64,000 nucleotides of DNA. Origin: Chthonomonadales bacterium. Lineage in GTDB: Bacteria; Armatimonadota; Chthonomonadetes; Chthonomonadales; CAJBBX01. The position numbers and the translations under genes are program-made. Of this stretch, positions 10,970-20,328 are shown piece by piece; within the stretch, counting starts at the first letter, position 1; every line of letters begins with the position of its first letter. Where the stretch lies: positions 52,039-116,038 of the forward strand of contig JADLGO010000052.1 in the NCBI GenBank assembly GCA_020849275.1, written 5' to 3'. The notes below the pieces were generated by a model. The model was given only the letters and a program-made list of their open reading frames with translations. It was not told the DNA's origin and searched no databases.

Positions 10970-11239
10970 AGCCCTGCAACGACGAATCGGGTGGCGGGCA
11001 GCCTATCCGCGAGGACCCGATCGCAGGGCTGGCGAGCGCCCGCCGGGCGCGCCGGGCGATGGGGTGACTGCGTCGACCCGGAGAGAGCAGAGGGATCATG
11101 CGGTGAGGGCGTCCTGTCGGGCAACCCGTGCGCGACTGTGCTGGTGCGCGGTCGGCGCTCCCTCGCATCGAGCAACCGTGCGCGCAGGCGTGCGCCGGCA
11201 CGCGCCGACCGGCCGGACAGCACGTGAGCGGTTCGCGCC

Positions 11240-12136
11240 CTATCGGCCCAGAAGGTTGCCGCCGCCCGCCTCATCGCGGATGTCGAAGTCCTTGCGGATA
11301 CCGAACCTGTCGCACACGGCGGCCAGCGCTTCGTCCGCCGCGCGGCAAGCGTCCGCCACCTGCTGCGAGGCCGAGCCGAGGCCGGAGCCCTGCATCCCGC
11401 TCAGCGTCTGGAGAGCGCTCTGCGGGTCGCCGCCCAGGGCCTGGCTCAGGCTGCCGCCAACCTGGGCGATGGCGCCTGCCGTCTTGCCGAGCAGGTCAAG
11501 GTAGGCGTCGCGCAGTCCGGCACAGGAGCCCGGCGCCGGCTTCGCCAGGAAGGCGGCCGAGAGTTGCTGCCAGTCGCCGCTCCAGCGCCCCAGCGACTGC
11601 TGGAACTCGTCATAGACCTGCCGCTGGGCCCCCGATATCTGGCTTTCGTCTCCCTCCATCTGCGCGGTGAGGTTGCCTGCAGTGATCCTCGTGCTCATCG
11701 CCAGCACCTCGCCCAGTTGCCGCCGCACGAGCAGGACGCGCTGGCGTTCGATGTCCTTCAGGAACTGGAGGTAGTCGATGACGTCGATCGGCTTCGGAGG
11801 GGCAGGCGCCACGATGCCGCCGCGCTCGGCGAGCGGCCCCGCGTCCGCCACGCGACCGGAGCGCTCGGTGAGCGGGCCAGGGTTCGCCACCGCGCCACGC
11901 GCCTTCACCACGTCCGCGCGCGGCCATCGCGCCCACACGATCCAGCTGGCTACGGCGGCCAGGACGGCCAGAGCCGCCGCTATACGCGCGGCGCGGCCGC
12001 GGCCGCCGGAGGGCACCGGGAGCGGCGCCACGGGGAGGGGCCCGCCGGACGCCGGCCGGGCGGGCGCCGGCGCGCCGCAGCGCATGCAGAACTGCGCGTG
12101 GGCCGGTATCTCCGCCTGGCAGTGGCTGCAGTTCAT
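11240..12136 (-). CDS. zinc-ribbon membrane protein of unknown function
   Basis: MNCSHCQAEIPAHAQFCMRCGAP (CxxC-N10-CxxC), one TM helix (IAAALAVLAAVASWIVW), then a ~200-aa helical domain. GGAGG RBS precedes the ATG at 12136. The track N-terminal extension was rejected. Confidence 0.6.
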   Translation of the reverse strand: MNCSHCQAEIPAHAQFCMRCGAPAPARPASGGPLPVAPLPVPSGGRGRAARIAAALAVLAAVASWIVWARWPRADVVKARGAVANPGPLTERSGRVADAGPLAERGGIVAPAPPKPIDVIDYLQFLKDIERQRVLLVRRQLGEVLAMSTRITAGNLTAQMEGDESQISGAQRQVYDEFQQSLGRWSGDWQQLSAAFLAKPAPGSCAGLRDAYLDLLGKTAGAIAQVGGSLSQALGGDPQSALQTLSGMQGSGLGSASQQVADACRAADEALAAVCDRFGIRKDFDIRDEAGGGNLLGR

Positions 12137-12242
12137 ATCGTGACCTCCGTGGGAGCGGGGCGGGCGAGAGCCGCGACGGGGGAAGGTGCCCGGCTCAGTC
12201 GTCGCGGGCCGACCCGCTGGTTCGGACGGCCTCGCACGACTA

Positions 12243-12271
12243 TGTATACCACGGGGCAGGGGAGGTGTCAA
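12243..12271 (-). promoter_or_regulatory. putative sigma70 promoter for the zinc-ribbon gene (TTGACA-17-TATACA with TG extension)
   Basis: The minus strand reads gTTGACAcctcccctgccccgTGgTATACAt. The -35 overlaps the stop codon of the upstream REC-PilZ gene. Confidence 0.45.
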
Positions 12272-13275
12272 CCGGAGCGGGCAGCGTCGACATGGGCGCG
12301 GACGCGCAGGGCGGCGGCCGGGCTGAGCTTCTGGAAACGCACGGCGGCCCGACATACCGGCTCGTCGCCCGCGCCGTCGGCCGTCTCGCTGCGGACCACG
12401 GTGCCGCGCGCAGCCACCGTGATCGGCGGATCCTCGTTCGGGAAGGACCACGCCAGAGTGACCGGCGCGCCCTCGGGCACCGGGCGGAGCGCCACGAGCG
12501 CCATGCCACCCTCTCCCACATCGCGGGCCATCGCGCTGAACACGTCCGGCGCGGCCGCGACGTCGCCCTCCGTCTCGCGCTCGACCCGCACGCGGACCTC
12601 CGTCACCAGTGGCGCTCGCACGTAGCGCCGACGCTGGCGGCGATGGATCGTTGCGGGTTGCGCGAGCACCACGCTGCCGGACTCGTCGGCGGCGAGCACG
12701 CGCGTGCGGAAGTGGTAGAGCCCGTCCTCGCCGCCCACCTGCACCGTGGCGGTGTCGCCGATCCCGAGGCGCACCGAGCGCTCCGGGTCCACCGCGAACC
12801 GGTCGCCGTTTCGGTAGGTGACGCGAGCAGCTGTCTCGCGCCTCTCCCCTGTGCCCTCAAGCTGGAGAACGACCGCTTGCCCCATGTGGATGGTGCCGAA
12901 CCGGTGGCCCAGGGTCACGTAGCGCCGCACGGCCTGCACAAGGTGGTCGAGGTCGAACGGCTTGAAGAACACCTCTTCGGCGCCGGCGAGGAGGGCCCGT
13001 GCCCGTAGCGGCTCCTCCTCATAGGCGGTCATGAGGAGGAACGGCACGTTGCCGGCGGCCGCGCGCAGGCGCGGCAGGGCGTCGAGGGCGTCGGCATCGG
13101 GCAGGCGCAGATCGAGCAGGACCAGGTCGGAGGATTGTTGGAGCAGTGACCGGAGCGCGCCCGCGGCGTCTCGCACCGTCTCGACGGCGAAGCCTGCCCG
13201 CCGAAGCTTGGTGGAGATGATGTGCGAGAAGTTCGGCTCGTCGTCGATGACCAATACTGCTGGCATCCGGAGCAT
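12268..13275 (-). CDS. response-regulator receiver fused to a YcgR-like PilZN + PilZ c-di-GMP-binding module
   Basis: REC: VLVIDDEPNF...LVLLDLRLPDAD...FFKPF. PilZ: RRQRRRYVR (RxxxR) and DVGEGGMAL (D/NxSxxG-like). Start trimmed to MLRMPAV at 13275. Confidence 0.8.
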   Translation of the reverse strand: MLRMPAVLVIDDEPNFSHIISTKLRRAGFAVETVRDAAGALRSLLQQSSDLVLLDLRLPDADALDALPRLRAAAGNVPFLLMTAYEEEPLRARALLAGAEEVFFKPFDLDHLVQAVRRYVTLGHRFGTIHMGQAVVLQLEGTGERRETAARVTYRNGDRFAVDPERSVRLGIGDTATVQVGGEDGLYHFRTRVLAADESGSVVLAQPATIHRRQRRRYVRAPLVTEVRVRVERETEGDVAAAPDVFSAMARDVGEGGMALVALRPVPEGAPVTLAWSFPNEDPPITVAARGTVVRSETADGAGDEPVCRAAVRFQKLSPAAALRVRAHVDAARSG

Positions 13276-13315
13276 GGCGCTACCTCGCGGGCATGGACGG
13301 CCCCGTCTGGGTGTA

Positions 13316-13331
13316 TGCAAGTTCCGTGCCA
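13316..13331 (-). promoter_or_regulatory. sigma54 (-24/-12) promoter, perfect consensus TGGCACGGAACTTGCA
   Basis: The minus strand reads ctcTGGCACGgaacTTGCAtac. It lies in the 92-nt gap between the bEBP stop (13368) and the REC-PilZ start (13275). Confidence 0.7.
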
Positions 13332-13367
13332 GAGAGCAGCGCGGGAGGCAACGTGCCCGCAAGATTC

Positions 13368-14582
13368 CTAGGACGGCTCGGCCGCAAAGCGCTGGATGGT
13401 GGGCGGCAGCAGACTCGGATCTAGCTCGGTGGCATCCCGGTCGGCCATCACGACGGCCCGCTCGATGGCGTTCTCCAGCTCGCGCACATTGCCGGGGTAG
13501 CGGTAGCGCGTCAGCAGATCCGCGGCGGCCGGCGTCAGCGTCCGGATGTGGCGGCGGTTTTCGCGGCTGAACCTGGCGAGGAAGTGCTCGGCGAGCGGGA
13601 GGATGTCGTCGCGGCGGTCGCGCAGGGGGGGGACCGTGATCTGAATCACATGCAGACGGTAGTAGAGGTCGTCGCGGAAGGTGCCCTCGGCCACCGCGCG
13701 CTCCACGTCGCGGTTCGTGGCGGCGATCAGTCGGACGTCGACGCGCACCGTTTTCGTTCCGCCGATCCGCTCGAACTCCCGCTCCTGGATGGCGCGCAGG
13801 AGCTTAACCTGGAGCGCGGGCGGTATGTCGGCGACCTCGTCCATGAAGAGCGTGCCGTGGTTGGCGAGCTCGAACCGGCCAAGCTTCTGGGCGGCGGCGC
13901 CGGTGAAAGCGTTCTTCTCATGGCCGAAGAGCTCGCTCTCGAGGAGCGTTTCGGGCAGGGCCGCGCATGAGATGGCGATGAACGGTTGCTCCGCTCGGTC
14001 CGAATGGTGGTGGAGCGCACGGGCGATCAACTCCTTGCCCGTGCCGCTCTCGCCGCGCACCAGCACCGTAGCCCGGCTGTCGGCGGCGCGCTGAACCACC
14101 TGGAACAACTCCTGCATCTGCGGGCTGACCCCCACCATCTGCTCGACGCCGCCCACCGCTCGGCGAGGGCGTGAGGTCGGTCGTGGCGGGGCCTGATCAC
14201 GGTTCTCGAGCGCCTGGCGGACCAGCGCAAGGACCTCGTCAAGCTCGAACGGCTTCGTCAGGTAGTTGTCCGCGCCGAGTTTGATGGCCTCGACGGCTGT
14301 CTTGATCGTGCCATAGGCGGTGATCAGGATGGCGGCACAGTCGGGCGCGCTCCCCTTCACGCTTCGCAGGAGCTCGACTCCGTTCATGTCCGGCATGATC
14401 AGGTCGGTCAGCAGCAGGTCGACGTCTTGGGAGGCGGCCAGGGCAAGGGCCTTCTTGCCGTTCTCGGCGACGAGCACATTGTAACCGGACCGGGTCAGCA
14501 GGGCTTCCAGCACACGGCGGATATTGGGCTCATCGTCGGCGATCAGCACAGTCTGCGCGCTCGATGAGGCGTCTTTCTTCAT
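13368..14582 (-). CDS. sigma54-dependent response regulator (REC + AAA+), lacking a C-terminal HTH DNA-binding domain
   Basis: REC (VLIADDEPNIRR, DLLLTDLIMPDMNG). AAA+ domain has GESGTGKE Walker A, the NAFTGA (GAFTGA-type) loop and NVRELENAIERAVV. The protein stops 26 aa after that motif, so there is no Fis-type HTH. Start trimmed to MKKDAS. Confidence 0.9.
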   Translation of the reverse strand: MKKDASSSAQTVLIADDEPNIRRVLEALLTRSGYNVLVAENGKKALALAASQDVDLLLTDLIMPDMNGVELLRSVKGSAPDCAAILITAYGTIKTAVEAIKLGADNYLTKPFELDEVLALVRQALENRDQAPPRPTSRPRRAVGGVEQMVGVSPQMQELFQVVQRAADSRATVLVRGESGTGKELIARALHHHSDRAEQPFIAISCAALPETLLESELFGHEKNAFTGAAAQKLGRFELANHGTLFMDEVADIPPALQVKLLRAIQEREFERIGGTKTVRVDVRLIAATNRDVERAVAEGTFRDDLYYRLHVIQITVPPLRDRRDDILPLAEHFLARFSRENRRHIRTLTPAAADLLTRYRYPGNVRELENAIERAVVMADRDATELDPSLLPPTIQRFAAEPS

Positions 14583-14598
14583 GCTTCTCGCTCGCCTG

Positions 14599-17151
14599 TC
14601 AGTCGTCCGGAAGGCCGGACGACATGGGGTCGTTGTCCACGATGCGTACGGTCGTGGGCAGGTCGCGCATCTGCGGACGCCGCGGAAGGGTGATCTGGAA
14701 GCAGGTTCCCTCGCCGACCCGACTCGACACGGCGACCTGGCCGCCGTGGTTCTCGACGATCTTGTGGACGATGGCCAGACCAAGGCCGGTGCCCTTCGTC
14801 TTCGTGGTGAAGAAGGGCTGGAAGATCTCCTCCAGGCGCTCGGGCGCGATGCCGGTCCCCGTGTCGCTGAAGCGGATGGTGACGTTGCCGCCGCGGCCCT
14901 CCGCGCTCGTCGCGATGGTGAGCGTCCCCCCCGCGGCCATCGCCTGCGCGGCGTTGATCGCGATGTTCCGCATCACCTGCTCGATCTGCTTGGGGTCCGC
15001 CTGGATCCTGGGCAGCCGCGAGTCGGGGATGAAGCTCACCGCAACGCCACCGTCGCGAAACTCCGCGGCGAGGAGCGCCAGCGTACGCTCCACCAGCGCG
15101 TTCAGGTCGGTCGCGCGGAGGTCGAGTTGCATCGGGCGCGCGAAGTCGAGCAGGTCCGTCGTCGTGCGGCTCAGGCCGTTCACCTCGTCCACGATGATGT
15201 CGAGGAACTCCCGCAGCGGCACCAGTTCCTCGTACTCGTTGCGCATAAGCTGGGCGGCCCCTTTGATAGAGCTGAGGGGATTGCGGACCTCGTGCGCCAT
15301 CTTGGCGGCGAGCTGGCCGATGTCGGCCAGGCGCCGGATCCGCGCCATCTCCGCTTCCAGGCGGATGTTGCGGGTGACATCCTCCATGATCTGCACGGCG
15401 CCCTGAAGGTGGCCACGGCGGTCGATCAGCGGCGAGAGCAGCACGTTGAAGCTGGTCTCCTGGCCGCGCGGGTGCAGGACCAGGTTGTGAAGCAGGGCGG
15501 GCTTGCCGGTCGTCACGACCTGGCGCATCAAGGCTCGCACGCGCTGGGCCTCGTCGATCGGCAGGTCGAACCGGTCCACAAGGCGACTGTAGCCGTCGCC
15601 GGTCGCCTTCTCCTCGGCGACGCCCCACATCTCCTCCGATGCCTTGTTCCACCGGATGACGCGCCCGCCGGCGTCCACGACGACGACCGAGGCGGCGATC
15701 GACCGGAGGATATTGTCGGTCTGCGTGGCCAGGCGGTTCATCTCCTGGTAGCGCTGCTCCCGGTCCTCGTAGAGCTGCGCGGTCTCGATGGCCAGGGCCG
15801 CCTGGTTGGCGAAGGTCGTGAGCAGTTCAAGCAGATCGGGGTGGATCGGCCGCCCGCTCGTCTTGTTGTCCGCCACCACCGCGCCGATCGTGACGCCCTT
15901 CGCCATGATGGGTATGGCCAGGAAAGCGCTCGTGCCGAGCGAGCGCGCGAAGCCGCGGATCGGCTGACTGGCGTTGCGCGCGTCGGTCTCCACGATCGGG
16001 GCCTTCTCCCTGGCAACCCCGCCGACGACTCCTTCGCCCAGCCGTACGGGCTTGCGTCCGATCACCTCGGGTCGGTAGCCGCGCAGGATGCGCGGCACGA
16101 ACCGCTGGGTGTGACGGTCCTGGAGGTAGATGCAGCAGCGGTCGAGCTTCACCTCGCCCACGATGCTGTCGGCGACGCGCTCCAGGAGGCTGTTCAGGTC
16201 GCCGTGGCTCATGACGGCCCGGGTCAGCGATGCGAGCGTGGAGAGCTGCGATACGCGCCGGCGCAGGTTGTCGTATAGCTGCTTGTTCGTGAGGGCGAGC
16301 GCGGCCTGGAGCGCGACGACGGAGAAGAGGCGCAGGTCATCCTCGGTGAAGTCGGGCGCGGGACTGCGACGACGGATGCACATCACGCCGATGACGCGCG
16401 ACTCCTCGTCCTTCATCGGCACGACCATCGAGGACCCGATCTCCGGCCGCAGGGCGACCCCTGAGAGGCGCGGGTCCGAGTCGGGCTCGACGATCAGGAT
16501 GGGCTGGCCGGTCTGCGCCACGCGCCCGGCGATCCCCTCGCCGAGCGGCCGCTGAGTGACGAAGACGACGTCCTCCGAGAGCCCAAAGCTTGCGGCGATC
16601 GTGAGCGTGAGCGTGTCGGGGTTGAGGCGCATCAGCGAGCAGGCCTGCGCGTCCATCACCTTGGCGGCTCGCTCGGTGATGAGGTTCAGGAGCTCGGGGG
16701 TGCCGACGCTGTCGATCGCGCGCCCGATCTCGTAGAGGGTAGTGACCTCGCGGATGGGGCGGCCCGCCTGTCGGCGCGTCTCGCGGTCCTGCTCCACCAG
16801 GTGGGCGCGGTCGATGGCCGTCGCGAGTTGCGAGGCGACCGCCGACAGGAACCGCGGCGATCGCCTCGATGGCATGACGAGTGTGAGCGAGGCGGCCGGC
16901 GCGGCGCGCGTCGGCACCGAGATGCCGACAGCGGCCCGCGCGGATCCGTGGGGCGGCGCTTCCGCCGGCTCCTCGACGCCGGCCCCGCACCGAATGGGCG
17001 GCACGCACGCGATCTCGACCACGCCGCTCGTGGCGGCGCCGACCTCGACCAGGGCCGCAAGGCAGGCCTGCGCCACCTCGCGACATCCTTCCGCGCGTGC
17101 GGCAGCCTCGGCGACGGCGGCCAGGGCGGCAAGCTGGACAGCGATCTTCAT
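14599..17151 (-). CDS. soluble sensor histidine kinase (three GAF-like domains, PAS, HisKA, HATPase_c)
   Basis: H-box MAHEVRNPL, N-box MRNIAINAAQA, DTGTGI and GTGLGLAIV. I see no TM segments. Sits directly upstream of the bEBP gene with a 16-nt gap. Confidence 0.9.
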   Translation of the reverse strand: MKIAVQLAALAAVAEAAARAEGCREVAQACLAALVEVGAATSGVVEIACVPPIRCGAGVEEPAEAPPHGSARAAVGISVPTRAAPAASLTLVMPSRRSPRFLSAVASQLATAIDRAHLVEQDRETRRQAGRPIREVTTLYEIGRAIDSVGTPELLNLITERAAKVMDAQACSLMRLNPDTLTLTIAASFGLSEDVVFVTQRPLGEGIAGRVAQTGQPILIVEPDSDPRLSGVALRPEIGSSMVVPMKDEESRVIGVMCIRRRSPAPDFTEDDLRLFSVVALQAALALTNKQLYDNLRRRVSQLSTLASLTRAVMSHGDLNSLLERVADSIVGEVKLDRCCIYLQDRHTQRFVPRILRGYRPEVIGRKPVRLGEGVVGGVAREKAPIVETDARNASQPIRGFARSLGTSAFLAIPIMAKGVTIGAVVADNKTSGRPIHPDLLELLTTFANQAALAIETAQLYEDREQRYQEMNRLATQTDNILRSIAASVVVVDAGGRVIRWNKASEEMWGVAEEKATGDGYSRLVDRFDLPIDEAQRVRALMRQVVTTGKPALLHNLVLHPRGQETSFNVLLSPLIDRRGHLQGAVQIMEDVTRNIRLEAEMARIRRLADIGQLAAKMAHEVRNPLSSIKGAAQLMRNEYEELVPLREFLDIIVDEVNGLSRTTTDLLDFARPMQLDLRATDLNALVERTLALLAAEFRDGGVAVSFIPDSRLPRIQADPKQIEQVMRNIAINAAQAMAAGGTLTIATSAEGRGGNVTIRFSDTGTGIAPERLEEIFQPFFTTKTKGTGLGLAIVHKIVENHGGQVAVSSRVGEGTCFQITLPRRPQMRDLPTTVRIVDNDPMSSGLPDD

Positions 17152-17222
17152 AGTCGATAGCTCATGGCGTCGCTTCGGCCCAATGCGCGCGCGTGGCGCC
17201 GTGAGACGCGCGGATCCGCGCC

Positions 17223-17252
17223 ATTATAACACCGACGCCGCGCCGCGGACAA
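17223..17252 (-). promoter_or_regulatory. putative sigma70 promoter of the kinase-bEBP operon (TTGTCC-18-TATAAT)
   Basis: The minus strand reads cccTTGTCCgcggcgcggcgtcggtgtTATAATgg, about 70 nt upstream of the kinase ATG. Confidence 0.4.
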
Positions 17253-17274
17253 GGGTGCCGGCGGGAGACGCTCC

Positions 17275-17652
17275 ATGGCAAACGACATTCAGCGCAAGGC
17301 CATCCTCGCCCTGGGCGTCGTGGTGTTCGCTGCGATGCTCGGCGGCGGCGCGCTCCGCGGCGCCGCGCGCCGCGCGCAGCGGCGCGATCTTAACGGCGCT
17401 ACGACGCGGATCGGCACGGCGATCGTGGCCGCCCCCATCGTGCAGGGGCACGACCCGGTCGGCAAGGCCAGGGCGCCGTGGGCGCTCGTGCGCTTCGGCG
17501 GCCGGGTCTATACGGTGACTCGCGTGCGTGGTCCCGACGGCCTGCACGTCGGCCGCGCGGCGCGCATCGAGTACCGCGTCGGGCACAGCGGCCGCGTGTA
17601 TGTTGACCAGATCGAGCCGCTCCCGAAGCCCAAGCGCCCGGCGCATCCTTGA
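17275..17652 (+). CDS. small membrane-anchored hypothetical protein
   Basis: ATG with a GGGAG upstream, N-terminal TM helix (AILALGVVVFAAMLGGG), and G/C-rich third positions. No recognisable family. Confidence 0.5.
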   Translation: MANDIQRKAILALGVVVFAAMLGGGALRGAARRAQRRDLNGATTRIGTAIVAAPIVQGHDPVGKARAPWALVRFGGRVYTVTRVRGPDGLHVGRAARIEYRVGHSGRVYVDQIEPLPKPKRPAHP

Positions 17653-17678
17653 CTTCGCGTCCCGGCCTGTTACAGAAT
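17649..17678 (+). promoter_or_regulatory. weak sigma70-like promoter in front of the TPR gene (TTGACT ... TACAGAAT)
   Basis: cTTGACTtcgcgtcccggcctgtTACAGAATtg. The -10 register is ambiguous. Confidence 0.3.
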
Positions 17679-17713
17679 TGTCGGTGTTCGCAGCGCTTCG
17701 TGGAGACTGCCGT

Positions 17714-20299
17714 ATGCCCTGTCGACGCGCCACGGTCTGCGTCGTGCTCGCCGCCTTGCTCGCCTTCCCGCTTCCCATCATCGCGCAGCGCGCCCCGGCG
17801 GCTCCTCCGCAGGGCACGAATGCCGGCCATCCCTCGCCTGCCGCCGGGGCCGCACGGATGTTCGAGAGGGCTCTCGCCCACCAGCGCGCGGGTCGCGTGG
17901 CCGACGCCATCGCTTCCTACCGAAACCTGATCGCGGTCGCACCGAAGGCGTTCCCCGCCCACATGAACCTGGGCCTCCTTCTGCGCGCCCGCGGTGACTG
18001 GAAGGGGGCCGAGCAGAGCTTTCGGCGCGCCGCCGCGGCCGATCCGCGCAGCGCGCTGCCGCACGTCCAGCTCGCGGAGCTGAGCCTGCTCCGGCGCCGG
18101 CCCGCCGACGCTTGCAGGGAGGCGCGGCGGGCCGTTGCGCTCGATGCGAGCAGCGCTCAGGCGCACTTCTCCTACGGCGCCGCCCTTGCGGCCACGGGCG
18201 CAGCGTCGGAGGCCGAGAAGCAGCTTCGGGAAGCGGCTCGCCTCGCTCCCGGCCACGCTCCCACCTTCGTCAGTCTGGGCCTCGTGCTGGCGGCGCGCAA
18301 GCGCTATGCGGAGGCCGTGCAGGTCCTGCGGAAGGGAGCCGATCTGGAGCCGAGCTCGGCAGCCGCCCGGATGGCGCTCGGCGACGTTCAGCGACGGGCG
18401 GGCGACCTGGTTGGCGCCATCGCCGCGTTCGCGCGCGCTGCCGAGCTGGCGCCGGGGGATCCCGGCGCCTGGTTCAACCTGGGCGTGGCCAGGCAGACGC
18501 TGGGCGAGAAGCGCGGCGACAGCCGCCTCACGCAGGAGGCCGTGACGGCCTACCTGCGCGCGCTCGGGGCCGAGCCGCGTCACCTGCCATCGCGTGTCAA
18601 CGTCGGCCGCCTCTACTTCGAGTTGCACAACTACGGCCAGGCAACACACCATTTCCGCCTGGCCCTGGCACGGCAGCCCGCAAACCGCAGGCTGATGACG
18701 GACACCGCGGTGGCGGAGACCTGGGCGGCGCAGGCGGAGCGCGACCCGGCGAAGCGTGATGCCTACCGGCGCATGGCGGAGGCGCGCTTCCGCGCTGTGC
18801 TCAAGGCGGAGCCGCTCAGGCCGGCGTTCGTCGGTCTGGGTTACCTCTGCGAGCAGCAGGCGAGGCTCGACGCAGCCAAGGCGGTCTACGCGAGCTGGGC
18901 GAATGCCCTGCCGAAGGACCCGGCGGCCCGGGTGGCTCTTGGGCGCGTCCTGGAGGCGAACAAGAACGCCGACGAGGCGGTGGACGCCTACCGGGCCGCG
19001 ATCCGCCTGGCGCCGACGAGCGCGGACGCATACCTCGCTCTGGGCCGGATCCACGAGGCGCGATCCAGAATGGACACCGCGCGCGACACGTACCGCGCCC
19101 TCGTTGCCGCCAACCCGAAGAGCGCGCAAGGGTACCGTGCCCTCGGCCTGCTCTACCAACGCCAGGGCAGCTCTGTCGAGGCCGTTGCCGCCTTCGACGC
19201 CATGAAGCGACTGGATCCGAAGGACACGTTTCCCTACACTTCGATCGCCGCGCTCTATGAGCGGCGGAGCATGCCCGAGGAGGCGGCGCGCGAGTACCGG
19301 GCCGCCGTGGCCCTGCGGCCTGACGACCTCGCGCTGCGCGCTAGCCTGGCCCGGGCGCTCGAACAGCGGAAACAGTATGGCGAGGCGGCCGACCAGTACC
19401 GCGAGATCGTGAAGCGGCGGCCGTCGGAATCGGCATATGCCGTTCACATCCCGCGCCTGATGGACCTCGCCGGCGACACCGTGGGCGCCGTCGCCGAGTT
19501 CCGACGCATGGCGGCCGCGCAGCCCGCTGACCCGGCGTACCGCCTTGGTCTCGCCGCCTTGCTAGAGAGGCACGGCCGCTGGTCAGAAGCGGTCGTCGAG
19601 TATGAGGCCATCGTCGATGCCAGCCCATCCTCGGCCGCGTGGGCCTGGATGCGGGCCGCGTCTGCCTGGGAGCAACTCAAGAAGCCGGCCGACGCGCGAG
19701 TGGCCTATGCGCGCGCCATTGAGGCGGGCGCCGAGAGCGCCGATGCGTTCCAGCGGCTGGAGGCCCTCTTCGCCGCCGAGAACGCGAGCGATCGATGGTT
19801 CGAGTTTCTGAAGGCGATGGTGGCGAAGCGGCCGTCCTCGCCTAGCGTCCTCAACCGCCTGGAGGCCGCCGCCGCGAATCTCAAACGGACCGACGAGGCG
19901 CTGGCAGCGCTCAAGGCCCAGGCGGCGCGCGGCAGCGGTGACCGCGTCTTCGTGACCGCCTACGCGGGCATCATGATGCGCGCGGGGCACACGGCGGACG
20001 CGATCGAGGCCTACCGTGCCTACCTCAAGCTGGCGCCGGGAGATGTCACCGCCCGCGTGGCGCTCGCCGGGCTGTTCGATTCGGCCGGCCGGCTGCCCGA
20101 GGCGATCGCCGCCTACGAGGCGGTGGTGGCGGCGCCGCGCATCGCGGCTCCGCAACTCGCCGCCTACCGCGTGGCGCTGGGCGGGCTCTACGAGCGTAAC
20201 GGGGAGAAGGCAAGGGCCATCGCGCAGTACCGCGAGACGCTGAAGACGGACCCGGGCAACGCGGCGGCGGCGGCGGCCATCACGCGCCTGGGGGGCTGA
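17714..20299 (+). CDS. secreted multi-TPR repeat protein (~860 aa), PrsT-like
   Basis: Signal peptide MPCRRATVCVVLAALLAFPLPIIAQ, then TPR-like repeats (A..YR.A....P....A...LG) along the whole length. Start trimmed to the ATG at 17714 with GGAG upstream. Confidence 0.8.
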   Translation: MPCRRATVCVVLAALLAFPLPIIAQRAPAAPPQGTNAGHPSPAAGAARMFERALAHQRAGRVADAIASYRNLIAVAPKAFPAHMNLGLLLRARGDWKGAEQSFRRAAAADPRSALPHVQLAELSLLRRRPADACREARRAVALDASSAQAHFSYGAALAATGAASEAEKQLREAARLAPGHAPTFVSLGLVLAARKRYAEAVQVLRKGADLEPSSAAARMALGDVQRRAGDLVGAIAAFARAAELAPGDPGAWFNLGVARQTLGEKRGDSRLTQEAVTAYLRALGAEPRHLPSRVNVGRLYFELHNYGQATHHFRLALARQPANRRLMTDTAVAETWAAQAERDPAKRDAYRRMAEARFRAVLKAEPLRPAFVGLGYLCEQQARLDAAKAVYASWANALPKDPAARVALGRVLEANKNADEAVDAYRAAIRLAPTSADAYLALGRIHEARSRMDTARDTYRALVAANPKSAQGYRALGLLYQRQGSSVEAVAAFDAMKRLDPKDTFPYTSIAALYERRSMPEEAAREYRAAVALRPDDLALRASLARALEQRKQYGEAADQYREIVKRRPSESAYAVHIPRLMDLAGDTVGAVAEFRRMAAAQPADPAYRLGLAALLERHGRWSEAVVEYEAIVDASPSSAAWAWMRAASAWEQLKKPADARVAYARAIEAGAESADAFQRLEALFAAENASDRWFEFLKAMVAKRPSSPSVLNRLEAAAANLKRTDEALAALKAQAARGSGDRVFVTAYAGIMMRAGHTADAIEAYRAYLKLAPGDVTARVALAGLFDSAGRLPEAIAAYEAVVAAPRIAAPQLAAYRVALGGLYERNGEKARAIAQYRETLKTDPGNAAAAAAITRLGG

Positions 20300-20328
20300 G
20301 GGGCCGCCCGGCGAGACAGGGGGGGCGC

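Noticed and set aside
14524-16278. 584-aa plus-strand ORF and the 357-aa minus-strand ORF 14579..15652
   Set aside because: Both are alternative frames or strands of the histidine-kinase gene 14599..17151, which carries complete H, N, D and G boxes.
17399-19447. 682-aa minus-strand ORF
   Set aside because: Antisense to the TPR-repeat gene. The translation is Arg/Gly/Pro-rich without repeats or motifs.
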